A DNA stretch of 63,874 bases, counting the filler, from Octopus bimaculoides (lineage: Eukaryota): the NCBI RefSeq assembly GCF_001194135.2. It is 6 parts of 4 records of this genome, joined end to end, with 100 filler letters (N's around TTAATTAATTAA, not from the genome) between each part and the next. Parts side by side here need not be neighbours in the genome. Positions count along the whole stretch, not along the records: positions 1 to 12,672 come from NC_068996.1; 5 more parts are not named here. One strand, written 5' to 3'. The notes below the pieces were generated by a model. The model was not told the DNA's origin and did not search any database. It saw nothing but the letters and a program-made list of their open reading frames with translations. Shown in pieces: positions 1-11,762 of this stretch. The position numbers and the translations under genes were made by a program. Numbering within the stretch: position 1 is the stretch's first letter; every line of letters starts with the position of its first letter.

Positions 1-1275
1 TCTATGCTGATGACCTTGCACTAATCGCTGAGTCACTATCAGAACTAGTGGAGAAGTTTCAGGTGTGGAAGCAAGGACTAGAATCGAAGGGCCTTAGAGT
101 CAACCTAGCTAAAACCAAAGTCCTAATAAGTAGGAAGGCAGACAAAACACAAACCCCTTCGGGTAGATGGCCCTGCTCGATCTGTAGAAAAGGAGTGGGT
201 GGTAACTCTATAAGATGCACCCAGTGCAAGCTATGGACACATAAGAGGTGCAGCAATATCAAAGGAAGGTTAACTAGGAAGTTAGTTTTCATTTGTAGCA
301 GATGTTCAGGAGCTATATACACTGTGAATATGCAGAAAACAACTTCTGCCACATTCCAGGGAGAAAAACTAGAAGTGGTTGATAGCTTCCGCTATCTTGG
401 TGACCAAATTAGCAGTGGGGTGGGTGTGCTGAAAGTGTAGCTGTTAGAATTAGAATAGCCTGGGCAAAGTTCAGAGAGCTCTTACCTNNNNNNNNNNCGT
501 GAGAAGACCCGGCAAGCCAAGTGAGACCTAAATCTATGGCCTCAGGCATCCCACTAATGCATACATTCCTTCATTGGACAACTAAACTCCACTTGCGAAG
601 ACCTGTTGAGGCAAGTGAAATTGAAATCGAGTTAAGCTGGACACTAAACTCCACTTGTGAAGACCTGTTGAGGCAAGTGAAATCGAAATCGAGTTAAATT
701 GGACACTAAACTCCACTTGCGAAGACCTGTTGAGGCAAGTGAAATCGAAATCGAGGTAAATTGGACACTAAACTTCTACTTGCGAAGATCTGTTGAGGCA
801 AGTGAGATCGAAATCGAGTGAAATTTGACGACTGGCACCCATGCCAATGTCGTCTCCCTCATTGGAAATGGAAACTCAGCTTGCGAAAACTTATTGGGGC
901 AAGTGAAATCGAAATCGTGATGGCACCTGTGCCCAGCGTCGCCTTTCTGGCACTTGTGCCCGCAGCATGTGTAAGGACCTTCGAGTGAGATCGTTGCCAG
1001 TGCCCCTGGACTGGCTCTTGTGCGGGTGGCACATAAAATACACCATTTTGAGCGTGGCCGTTGCCAGTACTGCCTGACTGGCCTTCGTACGGGTGACACG
1101 TAAAAGCACCCACTACACTCTCGGAGTGGTTGGCGTTAGGAAGGGCATCCAGCTGTAGAAACTCTGCCAAATCAGATTGGAGCCTGGTGTAGCCATCTGG
1201 TTTCACCAGTCCTCAGTCAAATCGTCCAACCCATGCTAGCATGGAAAGCGGACGTTAAGCGATGATGATGATGAT
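1..1275 (+). mobile_element. RTE-clade LINE, 3' portion: RT C-terminal region, 3'UTR with tandem subrepeats, (GAT)n tail
   Basis: Frame from nt 3 reads YADDLALIAESLSELVEKFQVWKQGLESKGLRVNLAKTKVL...LEVVDSFRYLGDQ (RT YADD motif at 3-14). Ends CATGCTAGCATGGAAAGCGGACGTTAA then GATGATGATGAT, an end shared with copies at ~15.2 kb, ~17.7 kb and ~48.2 kb. Confidence 0.85.
581..830 (+). repeat. 62-bp tandem repeat (4 copies; degenerate 5th near 865-915) in the RTE 3'UTR
   Basis: Unit ACTAAACTCCACTTGCGAAGACCTGTTGAGGCAAGTGAAATCGAAATCGAG... starts at 581, 643, 705 and 767. Confidence 0.9.
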
Positions 1276-2592
1276 AATAAATTACAAATGTGATGGCTAG
1301 CTTTGTATGGGATACCTTCACAAACTATAAACCAGGATAATGTATAGGAATGTTGTGGGACTTGAGGTGGTATATTTATATGTAACTAAGGAAGTAGAGG
1401 CTATATTTGAGAATGTGCTCATGTGAGCTTGGTAGTGGCACTTTAGGAGACCTGACAATTACAGGTCTTCTTACTACCATTGTGCTGATACCTCTACTGA
1501 TTCATACAGTTATCCCCAAAGTAGGACCAGAGGTGTTATCGGTTCTAGCATGAAGTTGGGAGGGGGCATCACCATAATCACAAGTGTTACAGTTACAAGT
1601 ACCAGGGGCAATGATACTTACGTTGCTACTGTTAAAGTGGGTAGGACCCTTGAAGCTTATAGTATTAGTGTCTACTAGGTTAGGGTGGGGGCCACATGTG
1701 AAATTCAGAGCCTGCAATAAAGCAGCCAAGTTTGTGCCTACTGAAAGAGGCAATTATAGATCCCAAGTTTGAGATTGTAGAGTATGAGATTTTAATACAA
1801 GATTTATTAAGAATAGGGTAATATATGGTGTAGTGGGAAATTAGAACTTAATTTGTAAAATAGCTTGGGTAAAGATTTAACCTGAAGAGAGAATAGGGTG
1901 CAAACCATAAACCACTTTCTGTCCCTAGAAGTCTTAAAACCCAGCATGGTGTTGAACCTCTTGGGCACCCAGAATATTGAACCATTACTACTATATATAT
2001 ATATATATATATATATATCATAGGCACAGGCTTGACTGTGTAGTAAGAAGTTAAAGAGTCCACACTAAATTACAATGTGTTCCTTTGCTCAAGACAAGTG
2101 TCAGAAAACAACTAAGGTAGGTGAATGGAAGTAGCAAGAATATGTTGGTAGAAACTGAGTGATCAGAGTGAAAAGATGGTAGTGGAGAAAACAATGATTA
2201 GTAAAGTGTAAGTGATAGGTATTAATAACATATGACTAAAAGAAGGAGTGATGACTGACAGTACAGAAAGGATGGTGATACAGAGTATCAGACAAAAAAA
2301 ATGAAGGACACACATAAAATGAATACAGATTAATGCAGTAAAATGTACAAATGTGTGTTAGAAAGTAAAGATAAAAATTTTGAGATCTGTGAAAACAAAC
2401 AAAACAATAAACACCAGAAAAGAGAAAGCACATGTGAAAAGCAGGAAAAAAAAACTGAATCAAAATATAAATAAAGTACAAGAACAACAAACAACACTGA
2501 AATTCATATGTAACTTTCCAAAATCTGAAAAACACACCACCTACATTGATATACTTTAAAAGAAAACTCATTAAAATGGCTATAAATTTTAC

Positions 2593-2638
2593 CTGGCACG
2601 CCGACAGAAAAGTTTTGTGTTTTTCTTGAAAACAAAGC
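2593..2638 (-). CDS. THG1L: THG1L coding exon 2, 3' end only (remainder in the N gap 2639-3194)
   Basis: Minus strand reads (S)FVFKKNTKLFCRRA(AG) then donor GTAAAA at 2592. This matches the THG1 segment YSFVFKRKTNWFKRRAS, and the orientation and order agree with the exon at 11763. Confidence 0.8.
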
Positions 2639-3216
2639 NNNNNNNNNNNNNNNNNNNNNNNNNNNNNNNNNNNNNNNNNNNNNNNNNNNNNNNNNNNNNN
2701 NNNNNNNNNNNNNNNNNNNNNNNNNNNNNNNNNNNNNNNNNNNNNNNNNNNNNNNNNNNNNNNNNNNNNNNNNNNNNNNNNNNNNNNNNNNNNNNNNNNN
2801 NNNNNNNNNNNNNNNNNNNNNNNNNNNNNNNNNNNNNNNNNNNNNNNNNNNNNNNNNNNNNNNNNNNNNNNNNNNNNNNNNNNNNNNNNNNNNNNNNNNN
2901 NNNNNNNNNNNNNNNNNNNNNNNNNNNNNNNNNNNNNNNNNNNNNNNNNNNNNNNNNNNNNNNNNNNNNNNNNNNNNNNNNNNNNNNNNNNNNNNNNNNN
3001 NNNNNNNNNNNNNNNNNNNNNNNNNNNNNNNNNNNNNNNNNNNNNNNNNNNNNNNNNNNNNNNNNNNNNNNNNNNNNNNNNNNNNNNNNNNNNNNNNNNN
3101 NNNNNNNNNNNNNNNNNNNNNNNNNNNNNNNNNNNNNNNNNNNNNNNNNNNNNNNNNNNNNNNNNNNNNNNNNNNNNNNNNNNNNNNNNNNNNNGTCACA
3201 TCCTCAACAAGATTAA

Positions 3217-3431
3217 CCCTTTCGTATTTATTTTGAGATGCTCTGTGTTTCTTTCGATTAATTTTAAATATAACAAAGAATTTAGTAAAATAACTTAGTT
3301 ATCATTAAGCTAGTGTTAGGAACATAGATTGTGACAAAGGTTGGTGGAAAATTTTAATTCAAAACTTATGAAAACAAGGCATTTGTACTACAGAGCCAGA
3401 GGTGGTTTCAGCCGGGTTGGTATCGAAAAGG
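3217..3431. mobile_element. piggyBac-type MITE
   Basis: TTAA on both flanks (3213-3216, 3432-3435) and termini CCCTTTCG / CGAAAAGG. A near-identical copy lacking the right end starts at ~5071. Confidence 0.75.
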
Positions 3432-3715
3432 TTAAAGAGTTTTCACAATTCCATGTTATCTCTATTTGTTTCTTTCAATGCAAACTACAGAGTAAATAGA
3501 CAGGAGGGCAACTACAGAAGATGAACCAGGATGAGATGGAGAAAGAAGAGTNNNNNNNNNNNNNNNNNNNNNNNNNNNNNNNNNNNNNNNNNNNNNNNNN
3601 NNNNNNNNNNNNNNNNNNNNNNNNNNNNNNNNNNNNNNNNNNNNNNNNNNNNNNNNNNNNNNNNNNNNNNNNNNNNNNNNNNNNNNNNNNNNNNNNNNNN
3701 NNNNNNNNNNNNNNN

Positions 3716-3768
<53 letters not shown>

Positions 3769-4817
3769 TGTGTGTGTGTGTAATGAATAGCCTTAAAAAT
3801 AGTCAGAGAATGTGATGGACATCAGCAGTGAGTGACCTAGAGGAGAGGTTGTGGTGGTTAGTTATATAGAAGTGTTTGCTGTGAAAAGAAAGTGTGTTAT
3901 AGATGATGAAAAAGTGAATAGAGTAATAGGAAGCAGTAGATGATGGTGGTAGTGGGAACTGAGTATGAAAGATCTAAAATTATCCTCTATAACAAGGGTG
4001 GTACAAGGTAGCAAAGTAGAGGGAGCACTACAAAGATGAGAGGCTATTAAATAGATAAGAGGAGCAGAAGATGGAGAATTCACAAATACAATATGGGTAA
4101 AAAGTCCAGGGTAAAAAGTACAGGGTGTTGAGGATGTCCCTTTAGCATTTAAATGAAATATAAAATTTTATTCTTATTTAGTATAATTTTGTTATATATT
4201 TTGATCATTATCTTAGATATTTTTTGTGAACATCTTATGATATATTTATTACTTTATATGTTTTAGAAAATGTCACTATCAAAAAATTAAGAGAATACTC
4301 ATTGTCAAAAAAATTCATAATTTAATGGTAATCCTCTTTGATTGTCATGTCTAGTTAATTGCTCTGGGTGATCAAAATGGTTGGCAATATGAATGGTAGG
4401 GCAGTAGACCAAGTATCCTGAAATCCCTGAGCTGTTGCAGTCAGAGGGAAGACTATGATCAAAGGGTTTAATGAGCATGGTGAGGAGATAGCAAAGGAGG
4501 TGAGCAGTGTCAGGGAGGAATAAAAAATGAGGGAGACAAGATGTGTGTTAAGAAATTTAACTAACCTTAGTTGTTAATTCGTCTAAATTAATGCTAAAGG
4601 AATTACTTTGGGCATGTGTGTGTGTGTATGCATAATTATAAAATCCAGAGTAAGTGAGAGGCAAAATAAGATTTAATTCCATGAGGTTACAGCTATTTCA
4701 TGATCTACTTTCAGTTATATCATCAACTCTGATTCATGAGTGCATGCATAGTATATACATTGTCCAACCCATGCCAGCATGGGAAATAGACATTATATGG
4801 TGAAGATGGTGACACAC

Positions 4818-4851
<34 letters not shown>

Positions 4852-5070
4852 AGTCTATAATTATATAATACGCCAAAGAAAACTATTCTTCTGACCATTT
4901 TCCAGACATCGCTGATTAATCTCTAATGCACAAGGTAAAAATTAGCTCATGTTAAGCTTGATAAGCAAATTGGAAAAGAGAACTTTCTTTTAAATTTTCC
5001 TATATTAAAAAATATTCCTTACAAAACCCTTTGCAAAAAAATTCTATAAAAGTATACAAAAGTCTGTTAA

Positions 5071-5260
5071 CCCTTTCGTTATTGTATTTATTTTGAGATG
5101 CTCTGTATTTCTTTCAATTACTTTAAATATAACAAAGAATTTAGTGAAATAACTTAAGCTAGTGTTAGGAACATAAATTATGACTAAGGTTGGTGGAAGA
5201 TTTTAATTCAAAACTTATGAAAACAAGGCATTTGTAGCCAGAGCTAGTTTCAGCCGAGCT
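5071..5260. mobile_element. piggyBac-type MITE, partial second copy
   Basis: TTAACCCTTTCGTTATTGTATTTATTTTGAGATGCTCTG... aligns by eye with 3217-3420. Confidence 0.7.
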
Positions 5261-5781
5261 GAACTGTAAATTACACGTAACATATAACCCAGCATAACTT
5301 GTTGTATGGTCAGTTCATCACTGACTAAACCAGTGAGGAGGGTGATTTTTGGACACTGTGGGATGACAAAGAAGGCCCATCAAAGAAAAAGGGAACTCAT
5401 GATAGTCAACTCAACCAACCTTTGCACTGGTCAAAAGGAGTAAACATCCATTAATGTTATATCGTCTGAAGAAACGAATCCATGAAGATGATCAACCTGA
5501 TGCCTATGGATACTACGGACTACACTGTACTCATCCCAGAAATATAGACTGTGATCTTATGAGACATGTGATTTACAGAAATGCACAAAATGATGCATTA
5601 AATGGTTATAAATTCCATCCAAAGATTATTGTTATTATTACTATATTTATCCTACATTCTATCAGTATGGCTTGATGCAACCCCCAAAACTGGCTCACCA
5701 GCCTGTATCATTAGGCTGCGGCCGGCATAATGCAATGGAAGCTTTATTTGCATATTCAAAATGTTACCTGTAAACAAATTT

Positions 5782-5815
<34 letters not shown>

Positions 5816-5939
5816 TATGATAGTGTAGTGTATGCAGGTTGAATTGAAGGCTACTGCTTGTTTATGAATTCTGCCAAATATGAGCTTTCTTTTCAGGTAC
5901 ATGATGCTGCTGTTCCCCATCCCAGGGTCTCACAGGCCC

Positions 5940-6285
5940 ATGCCTCCCACACCCTCAGGGTTGGCACTCTCAACGTCAGCACACTAAAAGGTAGATCTGT
6001 TGAGATTGTTGAGATGCTTGAACAGAGATGTGTCGATATCTGCTGCCTCCAAGAAGTGAGGTGGAGAGGAAGCTCAGCTAGGTTCCTCACAGGCAAAGAA
6101 CACAGGTACAAGATTTTTGGGGCATGGAACACAGATGGGGTCGGGGGCATGGGTATACTTCTTGTGGAGAAATGGGTGGATAAGGTAATCAAGGTAGTCA
6201 GAGTATGCGATAGAAGACTTAAGATTAGATTAGTCCTTCATCATGGGTTAGCAACCATTATCTCGGGCTATGTCCCTCAGCCCCA
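5940..6285 (+). mobile_element. RTE-clade LINE APE endonuclease fragment
   Basis: TLRVGTLNVSTLKGRSVEIVEMLEQRCVDICCLQEVRW...GVGGMGILL contains the EEP/APE N-terminal motifs (NV..L, LQE.RW). Confidence 0.85.
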
Positions 6286-6289
6286 CTGC

Positions 6290-7400
6290 TAACTTGAGAG
6301 CATGCGATGTATAGTTGTTCATGAGAAAAGCAGGGTATTTGTAAACTGAGACCCACAATTTTTAAAGTCTGACCCTGGGCTTTGTTGAATTGAAATGACA
6401 CATTAGAGTGAATAAGGGGGCATGCATGGAATGTATGCAATCTCTCCTCGATGACAGCCAGCAATAATGGTTGCTTGTAGGACATGACTTGTCACTAGTA
6501 ACAGTCAATCTTGTACCATTGCATAGTCATGTTGGGTCGAAATTCTTCAAGAGCATGATAGCTGTGCCTTTCTTTAGGAAAAACTAATGCGGTGGCAGTC
6601 CTGTGGGTTGTAGAGAGTTGAAAAATTCAACTGGATAGTCAACAGTGGCATGTTCGTCGATGGTAGTATCAATGGAGACAAACGTTGAAGCATCTCCAGG
6701 TAAAATGTAGAGGAATTCATGGTTTACTTTATCAACGCATTCATTCCAAAGTGCTAAAATAGCTCTCTTTGTGAATCATGCTATGTTTTTGAAGTTGTCT
6801 TGCAATGTGGGAAATACCTTTTCTTTAAGCTCGGCCAATGTAGACACCATGTGCCCACATTGCAGTACATGCAGTTGCAGGGTGTTATTCAACGGTAAAG
6901 TGCCATTTCCAATTAGTAGAAGTTGATGAAAGAATTCCTCAGCTAAAGGGTCATTGTAGAGATGAGCTCGTATATTGTTTCTTAATGAAAGCTGACAAAC
7001 AAACCTCCACAGAGGTGAAAACTTCAGACACACATAGATGTTGTCAGCTCGTGTACCTCGTGGTATGACTGGTAATATTTGATGGAAATTCCCTGTGAGG
7101 ACAACAGTTAAGCCCCCCATAATGGCAGTACTGTTTCTAATATCCCTTAGTGACCTACCTTGGATTTCTAGTGCACCACAGTGTGCCATCGTGCATTCAT
7201 CCCAGACAATAAAGTGTAGTTTAGAGCAGAACTTTTCCCATCAGTGACTGTTTTTGAAATATTACACATTTGGGCATTGCTGAAGTGAGTTTTCTTGAGT
7301 ACAAATAGAGGCAGTTTCTTAGTGGCCCTTGTTTGCAGAAATAAATGAGAATGTCTTTGTTTTGGTGGCATGGCTCAAAAGAGCAAATAATTAAGGAACA
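6290..7400 (-). mobile_element. Helitron PIF1-like helicase, degenerate
   Basis: SLRDIRNSTAIMGGLTVVLTGNFHQILPVIPRGTRAD (GDFRQ.LPV motif), PVEFFNSLQPTGLPPH, LCNGTRL, and NKAQGQTLKIVGLSLQIPCFSHEQLYIACSQV (motif VI), with frameshifts and stops. Confidence 0.9.
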
Positions 7401-8061
7401 TATAAGATGGAAGACATAGCAATTTGAAGTTGTGCATTGTATAATTTGATTTTTTAGTAACGAATGAAAAGATGTGGAAAAATTCATATGTCAATTTGTA
7501 TACCGTTATTTTGAGAAGAAACGGTAAACTGTGAATGATTTGGCTATGCTCTGTCTTGATAAGCGTAATGCATTCTGTTAGCTGATATATAGTGGAGTGG
7601 ATTATTGGCGTAATGGAAGTTATTGTTTGTCCAGAAGTGAAGTGGGTGGGGAACAATTTGCATGAAAGTGATTTATGTTCTTAAGAAGGATCACAAACTA
7701 TGTATTGTTTCATGAAATAAAAAGGGGTTAATATGATTTTTCCNNNNNNNNNNNNNNNNNNNNNNNNNNNNNNNNNNNNNNNNNNNNNNNNNNNNNNNNN
7801 NNNNNNNNNNNNNNNNNNNNNNNNNNNNNNNNNNNNNNNNNNNNNNNNNNNNNNNNNNNNNNNNNNNNNNNNNNNNNNNNNNNNNNNNNNNNNNNNNNNN
7901 NNNNNNNNNNNNNNNNNNNNNNNNNNNNNNNNNNNNNNNNNNNNNNNNNNNNNNNNNNNNNNNNNNNNNNNNNNNNNNNNNNNNNNNNNNNNNNNNNNNN
8001 NNNNNNNNNNNNNNNNNNNNNNNNNNNNNNNNNNNNNNNNNNNNNNNNNNNNNNNNNNNNN

Positions 8062-8260
8062 GGAAAGAAATAAGTGTGGGGGGATGCAAATGTCTTCTCT
8101 GACATGCTAGACACAACAGGTAAAGGACAGGATTTCTGAGATAACTTCCTAGTAAGTTTAAATGGAAGATCAGGCTCCTCACAAACAGGAATGACAGAAT
8201 AGGAAAAGGTAATTCTCATAGGATTTGAGCTGTAATTTAGTGCACAGCAAAAAATAACAT
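8062..8260 (-). mobile_element. Old CR1/L2-like LINE fragment
   Basis: PVCEEPDLPFKLTRKLSQKSCPLP resembles the pre-RT KSCPLD motif. Similar degenerate purine-rich pieces occur at ~1.3-1.8 kb, 3.8-4.1 kb and 9.5-10.4 kb (the last with a GSFLGP-like remnant). Confidence 0.4.
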
Positions 8261-8820
8261 AATTCATACAGAACTTTAAGTCTGTCTTTCTGTCTGTGTG
8301 GAGGGGGGGGGGGGCAAATGAAGTTGTTTTTGCATACCTTTAATTCCAAAAGAAGGAAATGTAATGAAGTTGTAATATGTTAACAGCAGAAGGTATTTGT
8401 AAATTATAATGAGGAATTGGAAGAGAAAGATAATGCCTAATTCTATGCACACGTGAAACATAGCACAAAAGTGAAAAGGACCTTAAAATTGTATGACACG
8501 ACCTCGTTTCTGGGGTTCTCAGCGTCCCCTTCTCTCTCGCTTTCTTCTCTCTTTGTGCTGCTTTCTTTCATCTTCACCTATAGAACATACAGTATCAATT
8601 TTGAGCTGGCTTTCACTTTCAACTATAGAACATACACAGGGTATGAAACATCAGCATTTCACTCTCACCCACAATCCCTGTCTGTCATCTTCTCCTATAA
8701 TAATTTGTTTTCTGTCTCTGTTTCTTTCTCTTGTCTCTCTGTCTTTTTCTCATTTTGTGTTTCACTTGGTCATTCCGTAAAAATAAGATTTATGTGTATA
8801 TGAAATGGATGCGCGTGCGC

Positions 8821-8887
<67 letters not shown>

Positions 8888-8921
8888 CAAGAGAAAGAAA
8901 GAGAGAAAGAGAGAGAGAGAA

Positions 8922-8953
<32 letters not shown>

Positions 8954-8984
8954 TGAGTGAAGGTGTGTGTCGTAATGATGGATG

Positions 8985-9080
8985 TCAGCCGAAATGTGTT
9001 AACAACAAACAAGATGAGGACAAATATCTGTCAATTGTAAATAATGTACATAACTCCTCATCTCTTAAATATAGAACTGA
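8985..9080 (+). mobile_element. Truncated Penelope 3' terminal repeat fragment
   Basis: TCAGCCGAAATGTGTTAACAACAAACAAGATGAGGACAAATATC...TTGTAAATAATGTA is nearly identical to 11131-11200. Confidence 0.75.
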
Positions 9081-10440
9081 ACCTAATGTTTGTTTATATA
9101 TCTACATATACATATATAAGAGTGTTGTAGTTCACTTGAAGCATTGTAATATCAGAGAAGGTAAAAGACAGAAAGCAGAAAGTTTCTGACAATGTGGGAA
9201 GTTTAATAAAACCTTTATATTCTAGGCCCATCTTTAGAAGAAAAGAATAGTCGAAGAAAAGTCCAGTTATGTAGGTCCTGTTAACCCATTCCAATTCCCT
9301 AGTGTTTATGTAACAGCAGCAGTTGGTCTCTAAACATAGATCTAATTGACGTTTCCTATGAACACACACACACAAAAATGTGGATGTACATCTGTACATA
9401 CATATCTTATGTGTATGTGTGCTGTAATGTTTTTAATATATAAATATCTTAGTTAAGTAAAATTTCTCTTCAGTATTAATAACAGGATTGGAGAGATTAC
9501 AATATTGGTATTTTTTCCATTAGTGTCGGGCTACAAGGACTCTGAGAAGCAAACCAATCTGGTAAAGGATGTAGAAGAACCGAAATTTAGAGACATTCTA
9601 ATTCAAGCATTTGCAAGAAGGAGGAGTAGACAGAGCTATATAACATAGAGGACAACTGGAAGTTCATATGGGACAACCTACTGATGGTTACTCACAAAAT
9701 CTGACTAAGAGTGACATAATGTTGGAAGAGTAAAGTATACAGAACCTTAAAAGTAAAGAAACAAGCTTGACAGGAGTGGAAGAATTGGAGTAGAAGAGAG
9801 CTGTAGCGGGTAGCTAAAAGAGAAGCTAGGTGATAGATCCATCTAGCTAGGGGAGAGACAGGAAGGAAGAGGTTTGCCAATGTTGTATACTGTGAGGTCC
9901 AATTTTGAATTGCAAGGCAATGTATTAGAGAAAATCATTATTAGGAGAGAAGTGTGTACAGATGGATGATGATACACTTACCCTTAGTCATTTTGGAAAG
10001 TGTCACTGTGAAAGACTGCTTAATGTGAAGAATGAATGGGAGAAGGAGAGTATTTCTAAGGTGGACCCAAAAAAGGATCCTAGTTGACATCAACATGTTA
10101 GATAAAGTAATTAAGGATATGAAGACAAGGAAAGCCCTTGGTCCTTCAGTAATGACTTCTGAGAGCTTAAAATATATGGTAAAGTGGAATACAGCTTGGT
10201 CGACCATATAGTTAATCAGGTTGTACACCAGACTGGTGTAGCAGCATCATAATCAATTGCTACAAAGGTAAGGGAGAAGCTTTAGACAGAAGTAAATCCA
10301 GAGGTATCAAATTATGTTACAGAAAGGATCATAGTTCAACTAATTGGGAAGAGAGTTAGCCTAGATGTGATGTAGTTTGGTTTTCTGTTTGTGAAAACAC
10401 CACCAATACTATCTTCTTAGTAAGGCAACTGCAGGGAAAG

Positions 10441-11200
10441 CAGTGAAGGTCGGCTTGTGGTATACGGATGTCCTGAATCCATACTTGGTGCATGTACACA
10501 CCATACAGTTCACAATGGAAAAAGAAAAAGACAATCAGCTAGCATTCCGGGACGTATTAATAACATGCACCAAGTATGGATTCAGGACATCCATATGACG
10601 CAAGCCGACCATCACTGGACAATACCTCAACCCCCACCATCCATACAGTGTAAAGAGAGGGAATTCTCAGTGCCTAAAACATCAAGCAATGAATATAAGT
10701 AGCAATCGTGATACCCACCACAAAGAAATGATCAAGCTCAATAACAATCTATTAAGCAACAACTACCCCAAAAGCATACTCTCCACTCCAATTATGAAGA
10801 AAAGAGAGGAGGAAACTGATAAACTGTCCACAGTCTATCTAACCTATTTGAAAGGCCTCTCTGAAAAGATAGAAAAGATATGCAGCCCATATGACATCAG
10901 GACAGTATTCAAGAGTAATACAACACTTCGCAAATATCTCCTTCGAGTAAAACCACCAATAGAAGAGAATATGACTAAGAACTGCGTGTACTCCATCCCA
11001 TGCAGCTGTGGTAGGTTATACTAAGGCAAAACATGCCTTTAATGGCGATGACAACCACGAAAAATACCTAAGGAATAAGAACCCAGGTTCAAAATTTCCC
11101 CAAGACACCTGATGAAGGCTGGAGGGTATATCAGCCGAAACGTTGTGTTAACAACAAACAAGATGAGGACAAATATCCATCGATTGTAAATAATGTAAAC
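10441..11200 (+). mobile_element. Penelope-like element, 5'-truncated and degenerate (RT C-terminus, start of GIY-YIG, 3' terminal repeat)
   Basis: TIQFTMEKEKDNQLAFRDVLI...RKPT..TGQYLN, then LLSNNYPKSIL...VYLTYLKGLSEKIEKICSPYDIRTVFKSNTTLR...NCVYSIPCSCGRLY*GKT, typical PLE thumb/linker/GIY-YIG sequence. Confidence 0.88.
11104..11149 (+). ncRNA. Minimal type I hammerhead ribozyme (PLE-associated)
   Basis: GACAC-CTGATGA-A-GGCTG(gagggtatat)CAGCC-GAAAC-GTT-GTGTT. Helix I is GACAC/GTGTT, helix II is GGCTG/CAGCC, the core is CUGAUGA and GAAA, and palindromic AACGTT replaces helix III. Confidence 0.75.
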
Positions 11201-11762
11201 ACTAGGTTAGTTAAAATATGTTTATAATATATTTTAACTTTTCTAAAGGCAAATTCACTGCAATTACCATGCAGAAAAAATTCTCTTATGGTAAAGGTTT
11301 AAAAACACCATATCTGCCCACTGTTTCCCTCTCATGGATTCTCAGACTTACATTTCTGGCTCTATTAAAATATGAAAAGTGGACAAATGATGACAATGAG
11401 AGGGGGAGGAGGAGGAAGAAAATGTCGATAGAGATGAAGAAGAGGCGGAGGAAAAGGATAAATACATTTGAGTCTACAAAAAAGGGCAAAAATAATTAAT
11501 ACAGAAGTATATTCTTTATACATTTATTATAGTGCTCTGTTACTAAGTTTTGTGAGTATCCTGATCTGCTACATCTTTTATATTCTGCAAGTTACACTGA
11601 AATCAATTGCTCTGTGTTAGCTACTCATGTCTAATTATATTTCTGGTATTTACTACATCTGTTCATCTTTTCACAAGTGGGACAATAGCATTATTAATAT
11701 ATCAAGAAAAATTATCAATGGTAACTAATTTTTAAAAAAAGGTAAAAAAAATATTACACTAC

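Noticed and set aside
581-830. 62-bp repeats as a possible CRISPR array
   Set aside because: The units are contiguous with no unique spacers, there are no cas genes, and they sit in a eukaryotic LINE 3'UTR.
5696-5770. Minus-strand QPND as a possible missing 5' part of THG1L exon 2 (KPND motif)
   Set aside because: It is followed by a stop and the context does not match. The missing part most likely lies in gap 2639-3194.
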